From Nemertoderma westbladi (lineage: Eukaryota > Animalia > Xenacoelomorpha), in the NCBI GenBank assembly GCA_032718475.1, contig JAUCBJ010007463.1, positions 61,025 through 125,024 on the forward strand: DNA of 64,000 nt. The letters are read 5' to 3'. Shown one piece after another: positions 13,073 to 28,087 of the stretch; the stretch's first letter is position 1; every line of letters starts with the position of its first letter. The notes beneath the pieces are model-generated. The model did not search any database. It was not told where the DNA came from and saw only the letters and a program-made list of their open reading frames with translations. The position numbers and the translations under genes are program-made.

Positions 13073-13554
13073 ATGCATAACACAGAATGGTCAGAACGGA
13101 CCTATTATGGTCTTGAAAGTATATTCGTCAAAGTTCTTTTTTGAAAAGTGAGGCACAGCAGAACCGACATGTTGTGACCCGCACAACGGCGCATATTGGT
13201 TCATCGTCTGTGCGCCTCAATGAAGTCCCTTATCACGATCGCTCTAATTTCTGCATTTGTGAATTCTGCGGGTCTGTCGCAGAAATCCTTTATCACATAC
13301 TGTATTATCGTGTCCATCTTGCCCTCGACTGTCTATACTTCCCTTCACTAGATAATAACCCACACCGAGCTTACTTTGGTTTTTTAGCAGTACTCTTTCA
13401 TGGTTTAAATTTTATTGTTTTAATGGGACTCATTTATATATATTTTAACATCCGTAATTTTATTTAAATATTGACAATTAAATTTACCCTGTTAAGGGTG
13501 TATCTTCTTCTTAAAAAAAATAAAGCATATTCCAATTTGACTAAATTAAGTTAT

Positions 13555-13646
13555 GTATCTACCAGCTATATCTGAATCTACCTGCTATATCTGAATCTAC
13601 CTGCTATATCTGTATCTACCAGCTATATCTGTATCTACCAGCTATA
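13555..13646. repeat. 19-bp minisatellite x5
   Basis: (TATCTACC(A/T)GCTATATCTG)n. Confidence 0.85.
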
Positions 13647-14500
13647 TTTTTGCAATTGGACAATTTTTTTTAGAGTGTACAGTTATAATATCATATTAAG
13701 TCAGAATACAAGAATAATAAAATTAATACAATATTTAACTATTCCTTTAATAGTATGTAAGAAGTTCTTCAAAATCAACCATTTTTTACTATTACACTAT
13801 AGGTGAGGTGTGTGTGTGTGTCCAAGGTGCAGATGTGTTAAGGTTTTAGAACATAGTCATGCCCATGCGCTGTAAGGAGGCCAGAGGAACAAGATACCGT
13901 TGGCTATAACTTAAATCTGGTATTAATACGGTACACACGGGTTACATAGTAACGGGTAACTAGGGACTACTTGTACTATACTTGTGGCTTAACAAACAGT
14001 CTATGATTTTACCATCAATTTGCTGCCTATATAAGCTGAATGATCGTGGAATTAAATTCTCTTTGAATTTGGTTAACATTATAACTCGAGCGACTCTCTA
14101 TCCGTATACCGGAATCCTCAACTATTCATGGAGGCGATAGTTTGTTATGGCGTTACCGACGGGAGGAACTGAAAGGAATGCGGAACTTCTGGTGGTGTCA
14201 GATTGTAAGTTGGTTAATGTTAACATAACACCCAGCATCAACATCCGATGTTACTAAATTGGAATACATCATATGCGTTTGTTTACCTTCCCCTTAAAAT
14301 TCACATTCACATTTAAATTATAATTTAAAACACCAAAGGTATGAAGACGTTCAAAATGGTCGTATTCGGGAAAGGGTGTTCCGCATGAAGAGCCACCCCC
14401 CCCCCCCCCCCCCCCCCCATCAACCATCTTTACATAAACGTTGAACTTTAAATGTCTTAATTATGAAGATGGGTGTTAGAGATGGTGTTAGTAGGGTTAA

Positions 14501-16234
14501 CTGGTTAACTGTCACTTGCCCAAGAGGTAACTTGCCCAAATTAGGTAACTTGCCCAATAGGCAACTTGCCCAATAGGCCCAAAATAGGTAATTTGCCCAA
14601 TAGGTAATTTCCACTTGCCCAATTCGTCACTTGCCCAGCCAATATGTCACATCACATTTAAATGCGTTTAATAATTATTATCAGACTGCAAAAACATGTA
14701 TCACTATGTACAATTTCAGTATCACTATGTACATGGTAGGTGTCCCGGTGTCCCTAGAGTTAAAAATTGTTAAAATGATAACATGAAAGCTAATATCTTA
14801 ATTATTTTAATAATAATTCATCTAATTATTAACAAAGCATTGCACCACCCTCCCCTTTCCATACATCCTCAGTAGTTTATACTTTATTGCCCTGTTTACA
14901 CATCCTCAGTAGTTTATACTTTATTGCCTTGTTTACACATCCTCAGTAGTTTATACTTTATTGCCTTGTTTAAACATCCTCAGTAGTTTATACTTTATTG
15001 CCTTGTTTACACATCCTCAGTAGTTTATGCTTTATTGCCTTGTTTACACATCCTCAGTAGTTTATACTTTATTGCCTTGTTTACACATTCTCAGTAGTTT
15101 ATACTTTATTGCCTTGTTTACACATCCTCAGCAGTTTATACTTTATTGCCTTGTTTACACATCCTCAGTAGTTTATGCTTTATTGCCTTGTTTACACATC
15201 CTCAGTAGTTTATACTTTATTGCCTTGTTTACACATCCTCAGTAGTTTATACTTTATTGCCTTGTTTACACATCCTCAGTAGTTTATACTTTATTGCCTT
15301 GTTTACACATCCTCAGTAGTTTATACTTTATTGCCTTGTTTACACATCCTCAGTAGTTTATACTTTATTGCCTTATTTACACATCCTCAGTAGTTTATAC
15401 TTTATTGCCTTGTTTACACATCATCAGTAGTTTATACTTTATTGCCTTGTTTACACATCCTCAGTAGTTTATACTTTATTGCCTTGTTTACACATCCTCA
15501 GTAGTTTATACTTTTATACTTTATTGCTTTGTTTACACATCCTCAGTAGTTTATACTTTATTGCCTTGTTTACACATCCGCAGTAGTTTATACTTTATTG
15601 CCTTGTTTACACATCCTCAGTAGTGTATACTTTTATACTTTATTGCCTTGTTTACACATCCTCAGTAGTTTATACTTTATTGCCTTGTTTACACATCCTC
15701 AGTAGTTTATACTTTTATACTTTATTGCCTTGTTTACACATCCTCAGTAGTGTATACTTTTATACTTTATTGCCTTGTTTACACATCTTCAGTAGTTTAT
15801 ACTTTATTGCCTTGTTTTAATCTCAAAGTATCTGATTGATACTAAATAAATTAATACATCAGCTCCTTAAATATCGAACATTTACTATACACTATACTGT
15901 AGCGTAAGCGTCCAAACCGATGGAGTAATGTTGAAAGGAACCGCGTTAACATGGTAGTGCGGAAATGAAGTTTGTTGAATGTAGGATTTGTGATGCCTGC
16001 GTAATAATTAATAGTTTGAAGTGAATTCCATGAGGACATTTATTATCAACATGCGGCGTAATAGGCGCATGTTTTGAGAGATAAATATAATTCTGGGGAA
16101 TTTTGATCAACATAATATTGGGTAAGTGACTTAATTTTAGTTTTAGATGAAAAGTTTTATTGGGCAAGTGGCTCATCGGGAAGTGGCATATTTGGCAAGT
16201 TTCAACACCCCATTAGCAGTTGGCAATAGTCCAG
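14501..16234. mobile_element. Putative TTAA-flanked non-autonomous element enclosing the 37-bp satellite
   Basis: TTAA|CTGG...CCAG|TTAA. Clustered ACTTGCCCA motifs on the left (14510-14640) are mirrored by TGGG(C/T)AAGT motifs on the right (16120-16200). The terminal match is short. Confidence 0.4.
14862..15817. repeat. 37-bp tandem repeat, ~25 copies
   Basis: Unit ACACATCCTCAGTAGTTTATACTTTATTGCCTTGTTT, with an occasional 8-bp duplication of TTTATACT. Confidence 0.95.
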
Positions 16235-17797
16235 TTAAGTTAAAGTTACTACCATCAAGCTACACAGCTACATCTGTACAACTAAAATCAACTATGTAAT
16301 TTTAATCAATCAACCGCATAAATACTATAAACTTTATCCCGAACCTTATCCACGATTCTCTGATTTTTTTACACTTTTTTTCTAGCTGGAGATTTACTGC
16401 ATTGAAAATAACACAATTTTAGGTTACCTACTATTGAATTGATCATCACATACACATGATCACATGACCATCATTCACATGCGCGGTAGTGGCGTAATTA
16501 GTGGCATTATTTCATAAAGCGAAGATGAAAATCGGTAGTTCTTAGTGCTCTTCCAAGCTGTGGGTTTAGGTCTACATACTACACGATACATCCGTGATTC
16601 AACATGGATATTTTATTTACTCAAGCACTCCAGGAATATGTCCTTTGGGTATATTTGCTAATTGAGTTGACAGCGACGGGGTGAGGTCTATTAGTATATT
16701 AGTCGGTTGTTGTAATGGCTGGGATGCTCAGTAGAATAGCCAAGTTCTCAAACTGGCTTGCAATGGGAATCTCTCAATCACAGCCTATCCCCTATCAGTT
16801 TGCCGCCATGTTTACTTTCAATAAGATAAACCATTCGCCCAAGAGAGATATAGTTAGTCAAGCCTTCTCAGCACTGAGCATCCACCGCATACCTTTCTAC
16901 CTATCCCACCCAACCTTGAGTATATAAGCTCGAAGCAAACACAGTTGGCAAAGTTTGCCTACCTTTTATATCCTTTCGCTCACTCACTCTGCTTTATCGC
17001 TCCCGTGTTATACCTGTAGTGTGTCATATAGACTTTGACCTAAAACATTTTTGTACTAAGCCTTATTAGCTTCCTGCCTTTTAGGCCTGAGAATATAAAC
17101 TCAAAGTTCTCATCCTTAGCCAAATTCTTTTTGTTCAATTCCATGGGTTTGGAGAATTTCCAAGTAGAAGCCTCCCACCCTTCTCTGTAGTTTACCTTGG
17201 CAGTGATTGGACGGCACACCGTTGCAGGAAGCGTCACACGTTCTCTCATTGGACGAATCTCCCGAAGGCTACTCAGTAAACTATTCTCTAACTTGTAGAC
17301 CGTGGGTGCGGGATAGGGATCCAACTTATTCCTTGGCTAAGTCAGCAAGTTTGGAAGCCATTACGCCATTGTGAATTATTGTACAAAAGGGGCCCCATCC
17401 CCCATTAATACCATACTTCCTAATACCTTACTTCGTCACTTCGTCACGCGACTAGTGTATTCGTATCCATTGCAATAAAATATATTATAATCTTATTATT
17501 TTGGGTCATTTTACTTATTAATTTGAAGGATGTCTTTAGGTTAGTATAACTATTACACTTTAAATTACTTGTACCGGTATAGGTAGGGTATCGTGGGCCT
17601 GCGGTAGTCCGTAAGTCGAAAATAATTACATTTCTAATATATTAAACAATTTCATATAAATTTAAGTGATTACTTAATTAACGATTCATTAATTTAAATT
17701 GAACTTGTTACCATCAATTCATTATATTCTATAAGAATTGGCTATTAGTTAGTTATATTACCGGTAATGTATATATTTTACATTATTGTTTGTAGAT

Positions 17798-18082
17798 ATG
17801 AGTTTGCCCCTCTCGGTCCCTACATCTGTACATCCACCCCAGGGGTCCTCTGGCGTCACTAATATCTCGCCTATCTATCTCAACGTGTTAGACTCGCCTA
17901 GTAAACCCGTGTGTGAGGCCCCAGCCACTGCAGCCCCCACGCAGACCCCCGTTGGGGAGTACATGTGTCTCCCCTGCGGACGCACCTACAACTCGGTAGA
18001 GATGTTGAGGGAACATGTCGAATCTTACCACGAGAAAGAACGATTTACTTGTCAGCATTGCAACCGCGACTTTTCGCAAAAG
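17798..18082 (+). CDS. C2H2 zinc-finger transcription factor, coding exon 1 (finger 1 and first half of finger 2)
   Basis: Acceptor ttgtag at 17795, ATG at 17798. Reads YMCLPCGRTYNSVEMLREHVESYH then FTCQHCNRDFSQK. Donor GTTAGT at 18083, phase 0. An upstream exon may exist. Confidence 0.85.
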
Positions 18083-18279
18083 GTTAGTCAGGATTCTTAG
18101 CATCTCAGGAGGGAGTGTTTTACAATTAACTATTGTATGTAAATCTTATAAACTACGTTAAATTTTTAATACTTTTATTGACTTTAAATCTAAAGGTTTA
18201 AAATAAATTATGATGCTGTCTATCGGCACTTATCCAAATTAATTTTCAACCCACCCATACTTCCCACTGGGTTATAATT

Positions 18280-21200
18280 ACACTGTGGGTTTGTGACTTG
18301 TACACTGTGGGTGTGTGACTTGTACACTGTGGGTGTGTGACTTGTTCACTGTGGGTGTGTGACTTGTACATTGTGGGTGTGTGACTTGAACACCGTGTAT
18401 GTGTGACTTGTACATTGTGGGTGTGTGACTTGTACACTGTGGGTGTGTGACTTGTACACTGTGGGTGTGTGACTTGTACACTGTGGGTGTGTGACTTGTT
18501 CACTGTGGGTGTGTGACTTGTACACTGTGGGTGTGTGACTTGTACACTGTGGGTGTGTGACTTGTACATCGTGGGTGTGTGACTTGAACACCGTGTATGT
18601 GTGACTTGTACATTGTGGGTGTGTGACTTGTACACTGTGGGTGTGTGACTTGTACACTGTGGGTGTGTGACTTGTACATCGTGGGTGTGTGATTTGTACA
18701 CCGTATGGGTGTGTGACTTGTACACTGTGGGTGTGTGACTTGAACACTGTGTGTGTGTGACTTGAACACTGTGGGTGTGTGACTTGTTTACTGTGGGTGT
18801 GTTACTTGTACACTGTGGGTGTGCGACTTGTTCACTGTGGGTGTGTGACTTGTACATTGTGGGTGTGTGACTTGTACACTGTGGGTGTGTGACTTGTACA
18901 CTGTGGGTGTGCGACTTGTTCACTGTGGGTGTGTGACTTGTACATTGTGGGTGTGTGACTTGTACACTGTGGGTGTGTGACTTGAACACTGTGTGTGTGT
19001 GACTTGAACACTGTGGGTGTGTGACTTGTTCACTGTGGGTGTGTTACTTGTACACCGTATGGGTGTGTGACTTGTACACTGTGGGTGTGTGACTTGAACA
19101 CTGTGTGTGTGTGACTTGAACACTGTGGGTGTGTGACTTGTTCACTGTGGGTGTGTGACTTGTTCACTGTGGGTGTGTGACTTGTACATTGTGGGTGTGT
19201 GACTTGTACACTGTGGGTGTGTGACTTGAACACTGTGTGTGTGTGACTTGTACACTGTGGGTGTGTGACTTGAACACTGTGTGTGTGTGACTTGTACACT
19301 GTGGGTGTGTGACTTGTACACCGTGTGTGTGTGACTTGTACACCGTGTGTGTGTGACTTGTACACTGTGTGTGTGTGACTTGAACACTGTGGGTGTGTGA
19401 CTTGAACACTGTGGGTGTGCGACTTGTTCACTGTGGGTGTGTGACTTGTACACTGTGGGTGTGTGACTTGAACACTGTGTGTGTGTGACTTGTACACTGT
19501 GGGTGTGTGACTTGTACACTGTGGGTGTGTGACTTCTACACTGTGGGTGTGTGACTTGTACACTGTGGGTGTGTGACTTGAACACTGTGTGTGTGTGACT
19601 TGTACACCGTGTGTGTGTGACTTGTACACTGTGTGTGTGTGACTTGAACACTGTGGGTGTGTGACTTGTACACTGTGGGTGTGTGACTTGAACACTGTGT
19701 GTGTGTGACTTGTACACTGTGGGTGTGTGACTTGTACACCGTGTGTGTGTGACTTGTACACTGTGTGTGTGTGACTTGAACACTGTGGGTGTGTGACTTG
19801 TACACTGTGGGTGTGTGACTTGAACACTGTGGGTGTGTGACCTGTACACTGTGGGTGTGTGACTTGTACACTGTGGGTGTGTGACTTGAACACTGTGTGT
19901 GTGTGACTTGTACACCGTGTTTGTGACCTGTACACTGTGTGTGTGTGACTTGAACACTGTGGGTGTGTGACTTGTACAGTGTGGGTGTGTGACTTGAACA
20001 CCGTGTGTGTGTGACTTGTACACTGTGTGTGTGTGACTTGTACACTGTGGGTGTGTGACTTGTACACTGTGGGTGTGTGACTTGAACACCGTGTGTGTGT
20101 GACTTGTACACTGTGTGTGTGTGACTTGTACACTGTGGGTGTGTGACTTGTACACTGTGGGTGTGTGACTTGTACACTGTGGGTGTGTGACTTGTACACT
20201 GTGGATGTGTGACTTGTACACTGTGGGTGTGTGACTTGAACACCGTGTGTGTGTGACTTGTACACTGTGTGTGTGTGACTTGTTCACTGTGGGTGTGTGA
20301 CTTGAACACCGTGTGTGTGTGACTTGTACACTGTGGGTGTGTGACTTGTACACTGTGGGTGTGTGACTTGAACACCGTGTATGTGTGACTTGTACACTGT
20401 GGGTGTGTGACTTGATCACTGTGGGTGTGTGACCTGTACACTGTGGGTGTGTGACTTGTACACTGTGGGTGTGTGACTTGAACACTGTGTGTGTGTGACT
20501 TGTACACCGTGTGTGTGACCTGTACACTGTGTGTGTGTGACTTGAACACTGTGGGTGTGTGACTTGTACAGTGTGGGTGTGTGACTTGAACACCGTGTGT
20601 GTGTGACTTGTACACTGTGTGTGTGTGACTTGTACACTGTGTGTGTGTGACTTGAACACTGTGGGTGTGTGACTTGTACAGTGTGGGTGTGTGACTTGAA
20701 CACCGTGTGTGTGTGACTTGTACACTGCGTGTGTGTGACTTGTACACTGTGGGTGTGTGACTTGTACACTGTGGGTGTGTGACTTGTACACTGTGGGTGT
20801 GTGACTTGTACACTGTGTGTGTGTGACTTGTACACTGTGGGTGTGTGACTTGTACACTGTGGGTGTGTGACTTGTACACTGTGGGTGTGTGACTTGTACA
20901 CTGTGGGTGTGTGACTTGTACACTGTGGGTGTGTGACTTGAACACTGTGTGTGTGTGACTTGTACACTGTGGGTGTGTGACTTGAACACCGTGTGTGTGT
21001 GACTTGTACACTGTGGGTGTGTGACTTGTACACTGTGGGTGTGTGACTTGAACACCGTGTGTGTGTGACTTGTACACTGTGGGTGTGTGACTTGTACACT
21101 GTGGGTGTGTGACTTGTACACTGTGGGTGTGTGACTTGTACACTGTGGGTGTGTGACTTGTACACTGTGTGTGTGTGATTTGAACACTGTGTGTGTGTGA

Positions 21201-21345
21201 CTTGTACACTGTGGGTGTGTGACTTGTTCACTGTGGGTGTGTGACTTGTACACTGTGTGTGTGTGACTTGTACACTGTGGGTGTGTGACTTGTACACTGT
21301 GTGTGTGTGACTTGTACACTGTGTGTGTGTGACTTGAACACTTGA
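18280..21345. repeat. 22-bp intronic minisatellite, ~140 copies
   Basis: Unit GTGTGACTTGTACACTGTGGGT with variants (gaac/gttc, gtgtgt). Confidence 0.97.
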
Positions 21346-23440
21346 ACACTCACATAATTGGATTGTGTATAAATTTCTAATATATTTCCAGATGTGGACA
21401 ATTTATTATAGACGGACTTTTATTTTATTTAATTCTCCATTTTGGTGTCAGCAAATACATTGAATATTCACTTCAATGATCACAATCATCTTTTCGATGG
21501 CCATAATTTCGACTTGGTGTAATTGGTGTAATTATATTCGAAAATTGAAGTGTTTATTATTTCATAGAGGATTTTATTTCTTTAATTGTTAAAAGTTAAA
21601 ATTAATTATAATTCCAAATGAATTACATTTACAGTGTTGGTTTAAGCAGATTGTTGGTGCTTCTTCGTACCACGACTATTATTATTAATTCCTTTATATC
21701 GTTACTGAGTCGACATACCATTAGTGTAGACCTTACATAGACCTACACGGTTAGCTATTTAGGCCTACCTGAGCGCCGTTATATAGTGTACTAATGCTGC
21801 GCTAAACTGTAAAATGAAAGTAATTAGTACTCTATGCTTCACCCTTCCTATTTTTAACCCGTATGCTACGTCCTAGTGGATCCTACTGGTTTCTCTCCCA
21901 GCCTATATAAAGTATACCAAGAAGTGGAGAAGGGCTGAATCTTTCCAAAACAATATACCAACTCCATTAGTAGCTGTACAAATGGTAAGATTGAAATAAG
22001 TACTATAAAACACTTTTAATAAAGATAAGTTAATTCGAAGATGATATTTGGGCCAATATAAAAAACCCTCTCTGTCTAGTCTCTGGTTATTCCTATTCCC
22101 CGGATATGGAGTCTCCCCCCCCCCCCCCCCCCCCCCCGTGTGTTATATCAGCCGTCAACCACCATTTCCAGTTGCCGCTATAAACTCACTATATCTGCTG
22201 TACATTGTAAAAGCGAAAACCGTTGGATGTGGAGGGGAAGCTATAACAACAGGGGTCCTACCCTACCCGGTTCCCAGTCCACGGAGGATTAGGTTGACAA
22301 TGGAATCGAATATAATCAACCTTTTTATCTCTAAACTTCCAGGCCCTGACTATATCGGCCGGCCGTGAGCGCCCACGGACTATACCTGTATAGGGCCGGT
22401 CCATGTTGCATACCATGTGTTATGTGGCCCCTATATACCTTGCGTCAACCCGCATAGGCTCACGTGTCTGTCAACTAAATGATATTGTCACCGCATGCCA
22501 CTATATTATTGTATCGGGGGACTTTTGTTACCTTATTTTTTTGGTTATATTGTTATCTCATCTCTTCATTAATGGCTTCCTAGGAAATCTGTCAATCCAG
22601 AAGCAACTGACGTGGCTCGTTGTTCATCTTTCCTTTACACTGAATTAATCCCTATACGCTTTGGACTATAGTCATAAATGGGATGGGGGGGGGGGGGGGG
22701 GGGGGTTAAGGACATGACTAACTTTTACTTTATTAAATTTTATTAGAATTGGGGTTTTTCTTAGAATTTATATATTTAGAAAAATATTTTAAATTAGGAT
22801 TCGAAAATACACCCAAGTATCTCAGGAATTTTGGTATTATAATTTCCGTTGGACTCAGAAAAGATCATACCCCATTCGCACCCAAAATACCAATAAGCAA
22901 TTTTGGTGGGAGTTTTTTTTAAAGAGTTGTATCTGCCTTTTGGTATAATTTATTAATATCTGACATTATAATTAAATGTTATATTTATTCTACAAATTCT
23001 GTACAAAATTAGTCAACAAATAGGAATTATTTAATAATTTGCTGAAAGAGCCCTCATTAACTATTGGTTACATATATTATTGCTATACTTGCCTGTTTAT
23101 AATGGCTCGGATTTATAAAACTTATATAAATTATCTTTTATAATTCGTTATTAATAATCCGTTTTAAGTTATTTTATTTATTGGGTCTTTATGTGCCTGA
23201 CAGATTGATACATACATACATACATACAGACAGATTGTAGATTTTATTTATAATTATAATGTATTTTAAGTTATTTAATTCATTTTTAGTTGTCCCTATA
23301 TGTTCAGTTATCGTGCTCTATGATGTCATATATTTTATAAGCGCCTTGATCTTCTGTAAAGGCGCTCTATAAATTATTGTTATTATTATTTTACGATTTT
23401 AATCCCTTATGAAGCTTTTTTTATCGTTCTTTGTTTTCAG

Positions 23441-23621
23441 GCTGATGTGAGACGCCACATCCGCGCAGTTCACGAGAAACAACGGCCTTACAAGTGCATC
23501 GAATGCGGTCTGGACTTCACCCAGTCTGGTAACCTCTGGCGTCATATGAAGTTCGTCCACGGGAAGAGTCGACAGGATGCTCTCGGAGTGGGTTCCCATT
23601 CCGCTTCAAAAAATACCGACG
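23441..23621 (+). CDS. C2H2 zinc-finger gene, coding exon 2
   Basis: Acceptor ttgttttcag. ADVRRHIRAVH completes finger 2 and YKCIECGLDFTQSGNLWRHMKFVH is finger 3. Donor GTGAGT at 23622, phase 1. Confidence 0.9.
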
Positions 23622-24961
23622 GTGAGTATTCTACTATTCCTGTTGTCAATAATACCATAGTTTGTATTGTATTGTATTTCGTTGTCTCATGTTAAGTGAC
23701 TTTATCCATTGGTCTATATTTGGTCAATGATTGATGTATCTAAGTGATTCGAACACACGAAGTAAATGTGCATTTTTGTCGTACCATAGGTATAACACAA
23801 GTGGCGCAGAGTTATTATTGCGTTAAAGATAGATAATAGTCGTTGCCTGTTGCATTCAAACAATTAATCCAAAGTAAGGATGTCACTATACAGTAAACAG
23901 TAGCTATATTATGTATACATTTGGTGCATTTCTCTAATCGCTGTGAGTGGTGCCTGCTACCGCAGCACACACAGTGGATGTTATGTCTTCGCACTGTCAT
24001 AAGGCTTTAAATTCCGGTGGCCGCTCTGTGTTTGATGTTTGCCAATCTCGTGAGCTTACTTACTGCTTGTGTGTGTGTGTAGAGGCGCCCCAGATTGTAT
24101 CTATTTTCTGTCAACGGCGATCCTTTATATTTAAAGCACTCAGGACTAGCATTGATCCCCATTGTTGACTAACACCCACACCAGTAATATATGAGCGGCT
24201 TCATGTTGGGTGGGGTTCCTCTTAACTAGTCTATTATCCTCTGCTAATGTCCCCTTTGCATCTCTGCGGTCTGTAATCACCACTCCCAAAGGATACAAAC
24301 ACTCCCATTAAAGGGATGCCGCCCTCGGGTTTCCCAACCCACTATTCCCTCTCCAGTAACCATCTAATGGTCCAAGACTATGTTTACTGATTGTCTTACC
24401 CCTGGGGCTCTCTGTCTGTCCAGGTAGACCTGAAGCAGACCACCTTCCTGTCTGTGGAATGTTGATAATTTGAGTAGGTGGGCCAAGACTAGCAGTTGCT
24501 TCCTGTTTCCCGTTCGTTATTGTTTAGACTGGCAGAGGCAGAGACTATGATCTCTGATCGATTGGCTTGTCTCATTATTTGGCATATAAACAACTAAATC
24601 TCTCAAACTAATTGAGGTTAATGTAGAAGCTGCCCCCTCGATTATTTATGCATCTGTTTGTGTCTATCTCTCTCTCTCTAATCCTAATAGAATGAATGCT
24701 CTTACACCCACAGACCAGTCACTTATAAAGTAACTTTGAAGGATCATAAATTAACAAAGATAAGTCTGCCAGCTTGGACAATTTTAGACTTCGTCTAGTT
24801 TGAAGCTTCATTTAAATTTTACAGCTGATTTTTACAGATTTTTATTTGTTTACAACTTTTTTACTAATAAAGTCAGCCGATATTGTCTCTGACTTTACGA
24901 ATAAAAAGTACCGCAGATCAACATTTCCAATAAAAAAAAGTCAATAAAAAGTTGTGATTTT

Positions 24962-27873
24962 AATTTGTGTTGCACCTTGCACGCCTCTGACATAGATTTG
25001 TGTTGCACCTACCTTGCACGCCTCTGACATAGATTTGTGTTGCACCTTGCACGCCTCTGACATAGATTTGTGTTGCACCTACCTTGCACGCCTCTGACAT
25101 AGATTTCTGTTGCACCTTGTCCGCCTCTGACATAGATTTGTGTTGCACCTTGCACGCCTCTGACATAGATTTGTGTTGCAACTTGCACGCCTCTGACATA
25201 GATTTGTGTTGCACCTTGCACGCCTCTGACATAGATTTGTGTTGCACCTACCTTGCACGCCTCTGACATAGATTTGTGTTGCACCTTGCACGCCTCTGAC
25301 ATAGATTTGTGTTGCACCTACCTTGCACGCCTCTGACATAGATTTCTGTTGCACCTTGTCCGCCTCTGACATAGATTTGTGTTGCACCTTGCACGCCTCT
25401 GACATAGATTTGTGTTGCACCTACCTTGCACGCCTCTGACATAGATTTGTGTTGCACCTTGCACGCCTCTGACATCGATTTGTGTTGCACCTTGCCCGCC
25501 TCTGACATAGATTTGTGTTGCACCTTGTACGCCTCTGACATAGATTTGTGTTGCACCTACCTTGCACGCCTCTGACATAGATTTGTGTTGCACCTTGCAC
25601 GCCTCTGACATAGATTTGTGTTGCACCTACCTTGCACGCCTCTGACATAGATTTGTGTTGCACCTTGCACGCCTCTGACATAGATTTGTGTTGCACCTTG
25701 CACGCCTCTGACATAGATTTGTGTTGCACCTTGCACGCCTCTGACATAGATTTGTGTTGCACCTACCTTGCACGCCTCTGACATAGATTTGTGTTGCACC
25801 TTGCACGCCTCTGACATAGATTTGTGTTGCACCTTGCACGCCTCTGACATAGTTTTGTATTGCACCTTGCACGCCTTTGACATAGATTTGTGTTGCACCT
25901 TGCACGCCTCTGACATAGATTTGTGTTGCACTTACCTTGCACGCCTCTGACATAGATTTGTGTTGCACCTTGCACGCCTCTGACATAGATTTGTGTTGCA
26001 CCTACCTTGCACGCCTCTGACATAGATTTGTGTTGCACCTTGCACGCCTCTGACATAGATTTGTGTTGCACCTTGCACGCCTCTGACATAGATTTGTGTT
26101 GCACCTTGCACGCCTCTGACATAGATTTGTGTTGCACCTACCTTGCACGCCTCTGACATAGATTTGTGTTGCACCTTGCACGCCTCTGACATAGATTTGT
26201 GTTGCACCTTGCACGCCTCTGACATAGATTTGTGTTGCACCTTGCATGCCTCTGACATAGATTTGTGTTGCACCTACCTTGCACGCCTCTGACATAGATT
26301 TGTGTTGCACCTTGCACGCCTCTGACATAGATTTGTGTTGCACCTTGCCCGCCTCTGACATAGATTTGTGTTGCACCTTGCACGCCTCTGACATAGATTT
26401 GTGTTGCACCTACCTTGCACTCCTCTGACATAGATTTGTGTTGCACCTTGCACGCCTCTGACATAGATTTGTGTTGCACCTTGCCCGCCTCTGACATAGA
26501 TTTGTGTTGCACCTTGCACGCCTCTGACATAGATTTGTGTTGCACCTACCTTGCACGCCTCTGACATAGATTTGTGTTGCACCTTGCACCTCTCTGACGT
26601 AGATTTGTGTTGCACCGACCTTGCACGCCTCTGACATAGATTTGTGTTGCACCTTGCACGCCTCTGACATAGATTTGTGTTGCACCTTGCACGCCTCTGA
26701 CATAGACTTGTGTTGCACCTACCTTGCACGCCTCTGACATAGATTTGTGTTGCACCTTGCACGCCTCTGACATAGATTTGTGTTGCACCTACCTTGCACG
26801 CATCTGACATAGATTTGTGTTGCACCTTGCACGCCTCTGACATAGATTTGTGTTGCACCTTGCACGCTTCTGACATAGATTTGTGTTGCACCTTGCACGT
26901 CTCTGACATAGATTTGTGTTGCACCTTGCACGCCTCTGACATAGATTTGTGTTGCACCTACCTTGCACGCCTCTGACATAGATTTGTGTTGCACCTTGCA
27001 CGCCTCTGACATAGATTTGTGTTGCACCTACCTTACACGCCTCTGACATAGATTTGTGTTGCACCTTGCACGCCTCTGACATAGATTTGTGTTGCACCTA
27101 CCTTACACGCCTCTGACATAGATTTGTGTTGCACCTACCTTACACGCCTCTAACATAGATTTGTGTTGCACCTACCTTACACGCCTCTGACATAGATTTG
27201 TGTTGCACCTACCTTGCACGCCTCTGACATAGATTTGTGTTGCACCTTGCACGCCTCTGACATAGATTTGTGTTGCACCTTGCACGCTTCTGACATAGAT
27301 TTGTGTTGCACCTTGCACGTCTCTGGCATAGATTTGTGTTGCACCTTGCACGCCTCTGACATAGATTTGTGTTGCACCTACCTTGCACGCCTCTGACATA
27401 GATTTGTGTTGCACCTACCTTGCAGGCCTCTGACATAGATTTGTGTTGCACCTTGCATGCCTCTGACATAGATTTGTGTTGCACCTACCTTACACGCCTC
27501 TGACATAGATTTGTGTTGCACCTTGCACGCCTCTGACATAGATTTGTGTTGCACCTACCTTACACGCCTCTGACATAGATTTGTGTTGCACCTACCTTAC
27601 ACGCCTCTGACATAGATTTGTGTTGCACCTACCTTACACGCCTCTGACATAGATTTGTGTTACACCTACCTTACACGCCTCTGACATAGATTTGTGTTGC
27701 ACCTACCTTACACGCCTCTGACATAGATTTGTGTTGCACCTTGCACGCCTCTGACATAGATTTGTGTTGCACCTACCTTGCACGCCTCTGACATAGATTT
27801 GTGTTGCACCTTGCACGCCTCTGACATAGATTTGTGTTGCACCTACCTTGCACGCCTCTGACATAGATTTGTG
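24962..27873. repeat. 33/37-bp intronic satellite, ~85 monomers
   Basis: Unit CCTTGCACGCCTCTGACATAGATTTGTGTTGCA, with or without a 4-bp CCTA insertion. Confidence 0.97.
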
Positions 27874-28087
27874 AGAGAAACTTAAAAGTAAAAGTTATAA
27901 TAATAACAGAATGCACTTATATAGTTATACATAGGGTCGACTTACATAAATAACAGTTCTAAGACGCTTTTGGATTTAAATCTTGGTTCGGGAAAGCCTA
28001 TCGGGAATCCGAATGGGGAAAATAAATGCTTTATTGCTCCAAAATTCCAACATCAAATACGAAATCTAAATAATCAATTATAGCCAG

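Noticed and set aside
12110-13144. 344-aa Tyr/Thr/Asn-rich ORF
   Set aside because: It is a G-free microsatellite that lacks stops by composition, with no domain or splice context.
16900-17300. Candidate promoter of the zinc-finger gene (TATATAAG at 16921, ATTGG boxes at ~17206 and ~17248)
   Set aside because: The motifs are short and common and there is no TSS evidence, so it cannot be supported from sequence alone.
18246-21349. Long His/Thr-rich minus-strand ORFs (up to 735 aa)
   Set aside because: The 22-bp minisatellite is open in all three frames and lies antisense within an intron.
24960-27484. Repetitive ORFs (QHKSMSEACKV)n; also considered as a CRISPR-like array
   Set aside because: These are head-to-tail satellite units with no unique spacers and no cas genes, in a eukaryotic intron.
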